Assembly (NCBI GenBank): GCA_965233585.1
Contig: CBDDTI010000593.1
Coordinates: 1 to 52,459 of the forward strand
Direction: 5' to 3'
DNA length: 52,459 nt
Source of the DNA: a bacterium
GTDB taxonomy: Bacteria; SAR324; NAC60-12
Under the pieces are notes generated by a model that was not told where the DNA came from, did not search any database, and saw only the letters and a program-made list of their open reading frames with translations. Shown here piece by piece: positions 12,062 through 24,339 of the stretch (the stretch's first letter is position 1; each line of letters starts with the position of its first letter). A program made the translations under genes and the position numbers.

Positions 12062-15000
12062 GTAGATATATAGATATTCTATGTTACGAGTCTATGAGTC
12101 TCAATCCTATTAGATGTAGAAATACATTGGTCTACAAATACTAATGTAAGAGTAATTAATGTCAATTTCGTGAAAAAATATTCTGCCTCTAAAACCCTTA
12201 CTCTACTATTGTTTCTCATTCTTACCTGAGAATCTATCTTCCGAAATTCAAGAAGTCTGTAGATGTTTAAGGTTCTTGGTAATTTATGAAACTACCAGTC
12301 AATGGCAAAAAAATCAGCCCAAGAGATCCTTTCCCCTCAGGATAGTTCCCCTTTCTTCTTTCTATTTCCCCTTTTCATCGAAGGCAAACTTCATACCTTC
12401 AGTCTTACTGTTTTGCTCAGATAATTAAGGTGCTTTGATTCTTGCTTCTGAAACCTATTTTGGGGTCCCTAGTGGTCGTGCAATATTTTCTATCCAGCAC
12501 TATCAACTATAGACTGAAAAAATTTCTGAACCTTTGACATGATATTTGACGTTAGGTTTTAATTAGGCTTAGAAAGTTGTCTATTGGCCTTTCGCGTCGT
12601 CAAAGACCGTAGGTTCTTAAAACTGATATATACGCGCGCTTAAAACGAGGAAGCCCAACCCAAGTCCTTTGGAGATTGAAACGGTGCAAGGTTTTCCCTA
12701 CTGCCCATCTCAAGGCTAACTTGTTGAGGCTTTCCAAACACGTCAAGTATCATCTGAAAGAGTGCTAAGTTGTCTGAAACAACAATTACTACGGCGGTTA
12801 GATAGTGCAAACACTTGAATGAGTTGGGTCAAGGAAATTCACAAGAGTCTGTAAGTTAGATGCACACGCGCGTGTATCTTACAATACAATTTTACGTATT
12901 CCTCCTTTTTTACACACTTGTGTAAAGCCGTGCCCAGTGCATACATGACATCGAAATGCACAGGTTAATGAGGTGCATCTGCATTTACGTCGGCGTAATA
13001 TTTTTTATGAAGTAAAGAATCTACACACCAAGAGGATGAATCTCTCTCGCCAACACAGGCAGAATTGCTCAAACTTTGATAAAATATATTTTGATATCGG
13101 TTCAGTAAAACTTGTCTTTCAATGACTATAACTATTTCTATCAGTAGTATGAACATTTTCTTTGTTGTTATTTCATCCGAATCTCCCTAAAAGTCTTGAA
13201 AAAGGCCTTTTTTGGCCTATTAAGCCATGCACTTTTCCCCTCTCTCTTGAAATGCTTCTCATCTGATAAGCATTTTTCCTACAAGCATATTTGGGACCAT
13301 CATTTTGTTTTTCACTAATGTTTTGAAGAACATTTCTTCTATTCCTTTCATAATGCACAACTGCCAAGTAGACAGGCAAACCTCAATTTTAATAGACATT
13401 TGCCAGTTCCATCTTGCCAGTCCTACGGCTCTGTCATGCTAGATTTTTTTTCAGCCCCAAGTTTTTGCTCCAATTTATCATTTTATTGAAAACTGTTTTA
13501 AGCAAGCATTAATATATTTTTTTACAAGCTACATAATGAGCCTGGCAGTTTTTTAATGCAAAATTTTTTGAAAATTTTATATTTTTGTTTTTAGTTTTAT
13601 TCTCATAGTAAGTACTGGCAACTATAGGATCAGCAACCTGCGACCAGCTTAGAGCAATTCTAAGCAGAAAAAAAGGAAGAAGAAAAATTCCTGGGAGGTA
13701 TGGTTAAAATGGAAACTCTTTCTTGGCAACTTAATGTTGGGTCCAATAAACTCGCTGCAAAAAACAAGACACCAAAATTAATCTACACACTAATTTATAA
13801 GTAGTTTGGAAACCCCAACAAAAAGAGATTTAATTTTATGTCTCCATGCGGGAAATATTTTGTTGCAGCTTCTTTACCTATGCATTTCGATGATACATGA
13901 TCTAAGCTTATGCCTTTTTTCTCCATTTCCTGTCTCTGATGTTGAAATTGTTGAAGTTAAAAGGGGAAGCCATTTTGAAACAGGATGAAAAAGATTTTCA
14001 TGGATTATAAAAATTCATAATGGCCTCCCGCAATTTGCCATTTTCATTCAGGAAATGAAATAGTTGCGTTGATTTATCTGCATTTGATTTACAAATACAC
14101 ACAAATATGAAAACCAGTTCCAAACCAAAACAAAACACCATCAATCCTTGAGGCAACTTATGATTGATGATGATATGATTGAATGATAAACCAAAGAAGT
14201 CAATTATGTGACAAAACAATAAAATACTGAGAGGGCATCCCCTAGACATTTTTTTTATGCCAGTAGAATTGAAAGGACCATAGTTGAATCAACTTTGATC
14301 ATGAGGTAATGCTAAAATTTTTCCTAAACATTTTCAACAAAAACAAGCATTAGGCAGGGGTTGGCCATAATTCTATTGACTGTATACCAGGGTTGTACTT
14401 TTAATCATATGTAGACAAAGCTCACTTTGGTGAAACATTGCCTTTGTATTTAACTACCTGTATATTAAAGGCTGAGACCTACCGACTTTCTCGATTTATA
14501 TTTCTCTCTGCTTAATTCCTGCTGAGATTATACATAAATTCCAGCAGCCATAGAAACTTTTACCTTACTCCTAAACTCCTTCAAAATGTGTTTAGTTTAA
14601 AGCTAATATCAAACAATATGCCCAAAAAGTTTTTTTTATTTTAAAATCCACAACCTTTAAAATTGAACAAAATGGCGGATCGTTCAACTATAACAACATG
14701 AAAGTGCTTAGAAACCGGTCGCTAATTAAGTGTGAAAAAAAATGTCAACACTCTTTATCAACCATCAAAATGTTAAGCCTCTTCAAAACAATAATGCGCA
14801 ACAATACATCCCATGGGAGCTAGAGATGAAAGAAAATCAAAAATTTAGGCGCAGCTTATAAAGGGAAGGAACAATAGTAAACACATCTATGTAAGTGCTT
14901 AGAACATTAAATAAATCCGTACGTACTCTACCATTATGCTCCATTGGGTCCCTCCAACATCTGTGCCAGTGCAAAAAGTTAACTGTACAGAGTCTGCCCT

Positions 15001-15210
15001 AGCCTTGTCAGCTGGTGAATTTTTCCCCAGTATCAGTTGCTGTACTATTAAGTTTTGTAATGGTCCGCTGGATCTTAGCCTTAATGTATTAAAGTTTTCT
15101 GAAATTTTACAGTTTCCCTCCAATCATTGATTACCTTATTGAGACACCTTTTGCTTTGAGGAAGATAATATCTGTTAAAAGAAAACACTTAACTGTGATC
15201 GCCTCTACCT

Positions 15211-15746
15211 TGTTGTTTTTTTAAACAGGTCACTGTGATTCTCATAAAAACTCTTCAGTAATATTTTGAGAGACCTTGTTTCAATCATTCATACATACGT
15301 CATACACCTTCTTCATTAATTTGAACTTGATTGGTCCAGTATTTCACTTGGAATTTGTCAAAAACCAACTTCTACAAGCACAATTCCCTACTACATAACA
15401 GGAAAGGAAGAGAGGAAGGAGTCTCTCTCCAGCATATAATAAGCAGAATTTCAAAATGCAATTACAACTTCCCATTTAATTGGAATGTTCCAATTCTTGT
15501 TGGAAATGATCACTGGACCTGGGAGGAAGCTGTTCATGCCAATAAACCACCTTTAACCATCATGTCCTCCATTTTTAAGGTTATGTCAAGGGGGTCACAT
15601 TATGAGGTAATTATAGGTAATTAAGGATGAAGCACTAAACAAAAAAGATGGGTCTTGCCAACATGAAGAGATATCAGCTGTTTTTATGAGAATCTACCGA
15701 GTGGTTTCCGCAAAAAACACGGTGACCTGTTTAAAAAAACAACACA
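15211..15746. mobile_element. MITE family C copy 2 (opposite orientation)
   Basis: Reverse complement of 11519-12061 along its length. Confidence 0.7.
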
Positions 15747-16011
15747 GTAGCTCAGGGGCAAAGCCAGAAGCCCAGGCTTTTACCATTCAGATGGTGCAGG
15801 TTCAAACTCAGCTTTCAAGCATTATTGAGAAAAACATTACCCTTTTTTTCCAAAAATCAATCTTCATTCCAAAAAGATTCCTCTTTTTTGGAAATAAACA
15901 TTCCTTGCTCAGCATGGTAATAGGTACAACAAGTCGTTGTCAGCCCTAATGTAATGATTCCCTGTAGCTCTAGGGAAAAAGTACTCTCTTCACCTGTGGA
16001 ATTTCTCAGCA

Positions 16012-17204
16012 CTTGGTTACATTGAAACGCGTATCATTGACACAAGTTTCACTTTTCACTACAATGTATGTAGTAAAATGATGGCATGTACTTGAAACGC
16101 GTGGCATTTGAAACCAACGGCATGCAATTGGAAAAAACTGCACTGAGGATGAAACGTGTGGCAAATGAAATCTGATGTCAAATGAAACAAATGGCAAATG
16201 ATGTGAAGTAAAATAAAGAAATCATTTTATGTTTTTTTGATATGATTCCTGGCTTTTTTCTAAGAAGGACTTTTTGAATTGGGATAAATTAATGGTTTGG
16301 AAGGTGGAATAAGAAAACGATTTATTAGGGTCCATATACGTTTAATTTGCCAAATGTAAAGCTTTTATTAATTAATAGATATTCCCAAAATTAATTGAAG
16401 CAAAGGTTATTAATATTTATAGAATGAATAATGTAATAGGAGTTCTAGTATAATAAGATTTTCAAAAGTGCAATTTGTAAATGATGTACAAATTTTACCC
16501 AAAAGTATTTAGTTGCTTCTCAACTTTGAGAAGGAAACAACAACAAAAATTTGTTTTGAATTTAATAAAAGCCAGGTATTGAATGGTGATAAAAGTGAAT
16601 GCTTGGTCTGAAAACTGGATGATGGAAGTGGCAGCAACAGGGCCAAAAGAGGGCTGTAAAAAGTCTGAAAACCCGATGGTCAGTAAATGACCATGCACCC
16701 CTTCAGATATCCTCCCTTTTTGAATGCTAACAAACAACTACGACTGAGCCTACAACTTCGCGTTTTTATGCTCAAGGTGATTGTGTCCGAGGGGTCAGCC
16801 AATGAAGAGGAAAAAGATCCATGGTTGATTTTTTGGGGTCAAAAAGGTCTGCCCATTCTTTGAAGGTAAAAAATCACTTTAAAACTCTCTTCATATGAAA
16901 TATTTCTTTTCTTTGGAATTCCTGTATTTTCAGGTGTTAATTCTAGAATTGTTGTTTCTTGAGCATACTACATTATTTTGAAAGAACACTGTGTTAAATG
17001 CCCACGGTAGAAAGAAAAACAAAAGGTAGATACCTTCTGTTCTCACATGCCACAAGTTTCAAATGACACAAGGTTCAAATGCCACATGCTTCAAATGACA
17101 CAAGTTTCATTTGAAATCACTTTCCATCAATTTCACGAAAGTTGTTTAATGAATTTTGTTTCATCTGACATCTGATACCACCCACATGTTTCTATGTAAC
17201 TAAG
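16012..17204. mobile_element. Foldback/MITE-like element
   Basis: CTTGGTTACATTGAAAC at left vs GTTTCTATGTAACTAAG at right; subterminal TGAAAC/GTTTCA repeats in opposite orientation. Confidence 0.4.
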
Positions 17205-17378
17205 GCCTTACCATCCGATTCCTCTATTTGAACTTTCCTAAATCATCATTGGAAAAAAACAACTGTGAATCACTGAATTTCCGCTATACTACTGTTGTAT
17301 TTTATCAAAAATTAATTATCCAAGTATCTGACACGTAATATCTTAAGAATTAAAGAGCGGACAACGTAAAGAGTTTAC

Positions 17379-18060
17379 CAATGGAAGCCTGCCATGGCTC
17401 ATATAAGCTTGGGGATTCTAGGTCTTAGGAACTGTTTTTTTAATTACTGTATAATAAAGAAATTGCATGACAAGATCACAAAAGATTACACCTAATTACT
17501 GGGGTTGTGTAAAAAACACTGGTTCAAATATGGATTTGGCACTATTTCTCTTGCCTCATTGGTGGAGAATGGAAAATTTTGTTTGATGACAAATAAACAA
17601 GTCTTTGTTTGGGTTAGATCTATGCTTGGCCTAGCGCCTCTTGCACAACAACTGTACTAGTATAAATAATGATGTTGACAGAAAAACTGTGAAGTGAACC
17701 ATCTCTGTTCTTTGAGTGTGTTGGGAGCTTGGTCAGCTGTAACAGCTTTTTCCACCCTCAAAAGTGAAAAGTACGTGCTATTCCTGGGGCTGTCCAAGAA
17801 GCATCAGGCCAAACATAGATATAACCCAAGCAGAGACTTTTTTATTCATCAACAAGCAAACTTTTCCATGCACCAACAATAAGGAGTGAGGACCAAGTGT
17901 CAAATCCTTATCTGTCCTGGTATTTCTTACACAATCCCATTAACATGGTGTAGTCTGTTGTGATCTTGTCATGCAATTTCCTTATTATACAGTACACAAA
18001 AAACCAGTTCCTAAGATTTAAATTTTCCAAGCTTGCATGGCCCATGGCAGGCTTCCATTG
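17379..18060. mobile_element. MITE family B, full-length copy
   Basis: TIR CAATGGAAGCCTGCCATGG...CCATGGCAGGCTTCCATTG; long imperfect internal inverted arms. Confidence 0.8.
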
Positions 18061-18409
18061 TTTCAAATTATGTGACTGGAGAGAGAGGGGACTCGATCTG
18101 GGCCCACCTTTTATAGGGACGCTTACTTTAGGTGTAACCTTCTAAGCAACATTGTTCAGCAAAGTCATAGCACAACAGGGAGGAAATGATCAAGCTTTCC
18201 AAGTTGGAGAGTTGGAATACTCCCAGATAGACTTAAAGCTGCACACTTTCATGTGTTTAGTGTTGCGAAACTTGCAATACTCAGAATTGGGGTCCAAGCT
18301 TTTTTCAAAGGTAGATGGTCTGGGATGGGGAAAGTTTGTTTTATTGTATATTTGTCACTCTTGTAGTATATAATCCCTTGCAGAGTCTAAAGCCCCTAGC
18401 TAATGGAGG

Positions 18410-19000
18410 AATATTTCCAGGGATATCCTCGAAATTTTATTTTAAATATCAGAAAGGATATCCATTGAGATTGTTCCTGAAAAATTGAGGATATTCCTAG
18501 GAATATTCCTAGGAATATCCGTAATAATTTTCTAAAGAATAATACTTTCAACTATGATTCTTTTGCTTTACAAAACAAAACGATGATGACAATGGATATT
18601 TCTAGCAGTATTCCTAGGAATATTCCTAGGAATATCTGTAATAGTTTTCCAAAGAATGATATTTTCAACTATGATTCTTTTGCTTCAGAAAACAAAATGA
18701 TGATAAAAGATATTCCCAGTAATATTCCTAGGAATATTAATAATAATTTTCCAAAGAATAATACTTTCAACTATGATTCCTTTGCTTTAGAAAACAAAAC
18801 GATGATACATATGGGGAAACATTCTTTAAACTCAAGAAGGATATCCATCAAACTTTTAGAATGTGTTCAGAAAATATTCCTGATTTTCAGTAAACCATTT
18901 TTTGAGATATATCCCTCAAAAAAATGGATATCTTTAGGAATATTCCTCTTTATTTAGTGCTTATGAAGTGAAATTATTACAAATGCAGAATGGATATCCC
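18410..19000. repeat. AT-rich tandem repeat (3 units of ~110-120 bp) with GGAATATTCC palindromes
   Basis: TTTTCCAAAGAATAATACTTTCAACTATGATTC-like unit x3; repeated GGAATATTCCTAGGAATAT. Confidence 0.7.
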
Positions 19001-19545
19001 TCAGGTTAGAGAGCACAATAAATGTATACCATATTTTTTTACAGCTTAAGACGAGGAAGCGGAGGATGCAATAACAGGGATTTTAGTGGATACACAGCTC
19101 TTCACTACGCAGCCCTCCACGGTCATTTGTAAGTTTGTTTAGGACATTTCCTATTTTTCCTTCTTATTTTCCCATTCCATTTTTTATATTTTCCATCAAA
19201 TTTTGGTAATTTTTAGCAAATTTTGGTAATTATCACCAATATTTGATCATTTTTACAAAAATTTGGTAATTTTTGCCAAAAGTTTGACTCTGAAAATGTT
19301 ATGCACCAAATGGAATTGCTTAGAACTCACCAGCCTTTACTTTTTCAAGATTTTGACCTTTTCATGCATCTGCCCAACCTTTCCTCACTCTATTCAAAGA
19401 CAGAATGAAAAATTTTATTTTTGTTGGTTTGTTTTGTTGTTGTTAAGCTTGGTAATCTTAGATAATACAAATCTTAGATGCACTCAGTGGGGCCATAGGC
19501 TACATTGATATGATTATCTAGTTCCTAGGGTGAGTATAGAATCTA

Positions 19546-20475
19546 CCGGGTGGGGTGAAAAAATCTTCACACTTTCAATATAGAACTTTATCAAGATGTA
19601 TTTGGGAAACCAGTAATGTTGTGGCAATAAAAATGTTTTAAAATAACTAAAACAATGTCTTGGCTACCCTAATCATTGATGTAGCCCCCTTAGCAGCAAT
19701 GATGGCCTCCAGGCAGCCACGGAAGGCCTTGCACCCAATGCAGATGTGGTCCTCAGACATGGTTTCCCTGTGTTGATTGACAGTGTCGTTTAGGGCATTG
19801 ATATTTTTGTGACATATAGTGCAGGCCTTGGACTCAACATACACCCAAAAAGTGAAGTCCAATGGGTTGGCATCTGGTAAGTAAGGGGGCCACATGTTCT
19901 TTGGCCAGAAAGGCTATGTTGTCCTCCAACCACTTCTGAGCCTTTTTGGGGCCTTTTCAGGTGCTCCATCCTGTTGAAACATCATGTTCTTGCCTGGCTA
20001 GTAATGGGAACAACGAACCTATTCATCTAAAGTTTGAATTTTTCACACTGTGCGAAAAATTAACAAAAAGTGCAAAATTTTCACACCTTTTGCGAATTTT
20101 TCACAACAAATTTCGCAAAAGGTGGGAAAAATTCGCAAAAGGTGTGAAAATTTCGCACTTTTTGTTAATTTTTCACACATGTGCGAAAAATTTAAACTTC
20201 AGATGAATAGGTTCAACTTCTCTTGATCCCCAACTGCTTTGCAATTTCTGTTGGCATTTAATAGTGCGCGGATTAAAATTGGTTGGTCAAATTCAGATGG
20301 CATTTTCTGGGGTTCTAGAGCACTTAGGAAGCTCCAATTTTCTTTGTATACTTCATTTTTGTTTATTTGTTTATTTATTTATTTATTTTATTTGACCAGA
20401 AAAATTTTACCACATTCATACAACCTTGAGCTATTTAGCAAAAACGAAGTGTAAAGATTTTTTCACCTCACACGG
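19546..20475 (-). mobile_element. Internally deleted Tc1/mariner-superfamily transposon (transposase pseudogene)
   Basis: Minus strand FQQDGAP and WPPYLPDANPLDF motifs; imperfect TIRs CCGGGTGGGGTGAAAAAATCTT / AAGATTTTTTCACCTCACACGG; TA at left; interrupted by MITE A. Confidence 0.8.
20015..20214. mobile_element. MITE family A copy 2 nested in the Tc1/mariner
   Basis: Same TIR as 2926-3098; flanked by AAC on both sides (possible 3-bp TSD). Confidence 0.75.
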
Positions 20476-21215
20476 CATATGGATATTCTCACCCTAGTTT
20501 ACAAGGGACATATTAATCAGTTTCTAGGGCGAGAATAGAATCTATGAGGATATTCTCACCCTAGTTTACACCCTAGTTTCCACCCTAGTTTCTTGGGTGA
20601 GAATAGAATAGAAAGTGTATAAAAATTAATTCTCACCCTACGTACCTCAGGGTGAGAATAGAACGAACCGCCTCCCTTAGAACCAATTGATTGCTAAAAA
20701 GCTCAAAAGCTAATAAAAATTCTAAGAAAAAAGGTAAAAGGCCGGACATTTTACTTCATGTGGCTACTAAATTACTTATTTAGTGTTTTTCAAATAGACA
20801 TATCTTTTTTCCCCCAGAAAGAATTTTTATAAGCTCTTTGGCTTCTTAGCAGCTTCTATGTCATGATCCACTTCTTAAAGTTGGAGATCTTAAAAGTTAA
20901 CATGCAGGATTTACCACAAGGGCTCAAACTCCTCTAAGACCCCTAATCAGAAAATCGATGTTTCACCTGAGGTGACATTGCTTCTTTTGTCTTCAACTTT
21001 TATCCAATAGCAACCTAATGTGTTTAAGTGAAATAAATTCCTTCATCTAAAATGTCCCTAAGAATATAAAGGGCTCACTTTTTGAAGGCTGCTAGTAATT
21101 CCGCCAAAACTACATGTAGCTTGTATTATACGGAAAAGAGTGCCATCCTACTACGTAATGCTTCTGAAGTGCTACTCGAATTTGAAACCATTAACCCTCT
21201 AATTGTAACTTACAG

Positions 21216-21371
21216 AGATATTGTAGAGCTGTTACTTAGTTATGAAGCGTCGTGCAACAGCGCCGATGATAAAGGATCAGTCCACTCCATCTAGCTGCAT
21301 GGGCAGGCCATACGCAAATAGTGGAAACTCTACTTACCCAAGGACCTTCCATTGCAAACGTCAATCTCACG
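21216..21371 (+). CDS. ANKS1: Internal exon of host ankyrin-repeat gene (ANKS1/caskin-like); apparent 1-bp deletion
   Basis: TTACAG acceptor, GTAAGT donor; reads DIVELLLSYEASCNSADDKGS[frameshift]SPLHLAAWAGHTQIVETLLTQGPSIANVNLT; ankyrin consensus and GPSxxNVNL typical of ANKS1 proteins. Confidence 0.75.
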
Positions 21372-21497
21372 GTAAGTTAGTTAGACTGCTTTGTAGTTTT
21401 GCAAAAAATGGCTTAATAGCACCAAATCTTCAGCTACTTGAGTTGAATTCAATCAATATAACATTCACCTTATCTGTTTGTATTTTATCAGGTGATA

Positions 21498-22210
21498 CTG
21501 CCATCCAAACCAAATACCAGAGTTCATAATGCAGTGGTTCTTAACCTTTTTCGACGGTGTGCCGCAGTGCTCATTTACAAAAATCATACGTGCCGACCAA
21601 TTACGTATATTTCGTTGCGTATTTAGTGAGATACTTGAAACTGCATTTGGCCGTCCAGAAGAGCCGAGTGCCGCACTCGGACCTTTCGCGTGCCGCATTT
21701 GGCACGCGTGCCGCACGTTAAGAACCACTGTCATAATGCCTTCTAATCATTTGCCACCAATACCAAGTACCACCCTAACTAAGTGCCACCCAAGACATTT
21801 GCCATCCAAGATATTTTCCTATTAAGACATTTGCTGCCCAAGACATTGGCCACCCAAGACAATGGCCACCAGAGACATCTTCCACCCAAGACTTTTGCCA
21901 TTCAGGGCAAAAGCCAGGTGGCAAATGTCACAAGCAATCAATGTCTTGGATGGCAAAAGTCTTGGGTGGCAGATGTCTCCGATGGCCATTGTCTTGGGTG
22001 GCAAACGTCTTGAGCAGCAAATATCTTGAGCAGCAAATGTCTTGAGCAGCAAATGTCTTGAGCAGCAAATGTCTTGAGCAGCAAATGTATTGATAGGCAA
22101 ATATCTTGGATACCAAATGTCTTGCATGTCAAATGTCTTGGGTGGTACTTGGTATTGGTGTCAAATGATTTACAGGCATTATGAATTCTGGCATTTGGTT
22201 TGGATGGCAG
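21498..22210. mobile_element. Foldback element with internal short tandem repeats
   Basis: CTGCCATCCAAACCAAAT... vs ...ATTTGGTTTGGATGGCAG; internal GCCACCCAAGACATTT and GAGCAGCAAATGTCTT repeats. Confidence 0.7.
21532..21730. mobile_element. hAT-type MITE nested in the foldback element
   Basis: TIR CAGTGGTTCTTAAC...GTTAAGAACCACTG; perfect 8-bp TSD TCATAATG (21524-21531, 21731-21738). Confidence 0.9.
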
Positions 22211-23437
22211 AAGTCTTTGGTGGCAAATGTAGTGGGGGCAAAATTACTGGGGGCAAATAGGATAGGTGGCAGGTGTCTGGAGGCGTGTCAGGTGGCAACA
22301 TTGCAGTGACATCTGTCGTAGAATCTAAAGAAACAATAGAAATTCAACAAACCCGAATTATATTTCCTCACGGATGATGAGGTCACTTCCAGTGCTCTAG
22401 GCAGAAAAATATCAATGGTTGGAAGGGGCCATTTTTGTAATGTTCACCAAATAAAGCTGAAAAATGAATTGTATCATATAAAGACTGGCAATGCTACGCG
22501 CTGCTGCCTGTTAAGGCTCCAAAAATAGACCACGCCAGAGTTAAATATTTCGAACTATCTTTGTGGTGTCTGGCCAGGTGGCAACCTTATTGGGGAGAGT
22601 GGCGACTCCTGTAATACCAGCTTCTGCAACACAACCTGCTGACCAACGGAGAAGGTAAGAAACATGGAATTGCAAAGGAATAGTTCAAGGTAGTAGAGGC
22701 TGGAAACAAAGCTGGGCAAAGCCTTTTTGAATTGGCATGGTCTAAGTACATGCATTTCTAATCTGTAATGTGTTTTCTGTGACATGAACATTGGGAAGGT
22801 GTATACTTAAAGGAATGAATTTTGAGGACTGAATTTTGAGCAAACACCTACGCGACAAAAATGATAATGGTTATGAAAAATGGCAATGAATTGGCAGTGA
22901 AATTATAAAAATTTTTAGACCACATGAAAAGGGTCTAATCATCAAACTATTTACATATATTTTTACCCAAAATTCAATGATCAAAAGTCATTCATCAATA
23001 GGTGTTTCATCAATATACATGCTGCCAACACAAAAACATTACAAGTTAAAAATAACTGGCTGTAGATGACAGCACCTAATAATGGGAGGGGATCAGTTTT
23101 GAAATTTTGGATGGAGAGGGACATTCTTCCCTGGCATGCAGTGAGGCCATTTACTAAATAGTGACAGAAGTACAAAAATCTATAATTTTCAGGTGCCTTA
23201 AAAAATTGCTTTGTTTTTTGCAATGTTGTAGTATTTTCAGTAAAACATCACCACTTTTTGGCATGCAAATTGGACCAGAATGTCAACACGACAAGAAAAG
23301 TATTCGGCCAAAGGCCGAAAAAAGTTTTTGAGTTTTTCAGTTGAAGTATCCTGGTTGTGCTTTTTTGAGAGCCCTGTGGTTTAAAAATCTTACGTTTTTA
23401 AGGCAGTGTATTTTTTGTTAAGTGAGCATGTGTTTTT

Positions 23438-23661
23438 GTATACAAAGCGACCTCTACGGATCTAAAAATAGGCGCCATCGGTCTACGCGTAGACCGTTTG
23501 AGACTGAATCGGCCTTAAATGATCTAAAAAGACCTCAAAACAGTCTGCTTGCAGGCTGCACGTAGACTGAATGGCACCTTCCTGCAGCCTGCAAGCAGTC
23601 CGTTTGAGACTGAATCGGCCTGAAATGATCTAAAAAGACCTCAATACAGCCTTCCCGCAGC
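23438..23661 (+). repeat. Left terminal inverted repeat (224 bp)
   Basis: GTATACAAAGCGACCTCTACGG...CCTTCCCGCAGC; reverse complement of 46897-47120 with no mismatch seen. Confidence 0.95.
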
Positions 23662-24339
23662 CTGCAAACAGCCTTCATGTAGCCTTCTCGCAACGATTAA
23701 AATTTTTTATTCGATGAGTGTCTTATGATACATGTCCAAATCAAAGGTACCCAAGGGAATATAAAGCAACTGTAATGCACCAATGTATTTTTTCTCAACG
23801 AGTTGAGGTAATGTTGAATTGCCAACGGCTTTATTTTTTTGAATCTTAATCGTGTTTTAAATCTATCGGTGATCGGTTCTCCACATATCATCGAATTTGC
23901 CTACTCTCCTCCGGTTCTACCTTCGATTCATGGGATAATTTTACCAAGAACCGGAGCTATAGCTGGAGGAAATTTGGGCTTTTGTTGCTTCGATCGTCTA
24001 AAGAAGAATCGCATAACGCCGAGTTTGCCTGCTCTCCCCCTTCGACTTCTCAAAATTAGGATTCGTCATCAAATTTTGTGTCGTCGCCGGAGGAGATTTG
24101 GTAAACATTTCTTCCTTCGAGTTTTTGTGTAAAAAAATCAAACGAGTCGAACCAAGTGAATGAAGAGCGAATTATTAACACCGTAATTTTCACTCCATTG
24201 ATTTCTTTAATCCGTAACCTATGGTTTGAAGGAGTCAATGGTGTAGAAAATTGGTTCTGTCAACTCATCGTGAAGAAATAAACATCGGTTTATTTTAGTC
24301 TGTTTTTAAATTCGTTTATTTCAATGAAAATTGTATTTT

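Noticed and set aside
21783..22132. Several repetitive ORFs (KTFAAQDICCSRHLLL)
   Set aside because: Translation of short tandem repeats within a foldback element
23697..24270. Possible small viral genes next to the left TIR
   Set aside because: Only short ORFs; the ATG near 24268 is followed by a stop after two codons; no motif support. Could be a decayed or spliced gene but unsupported
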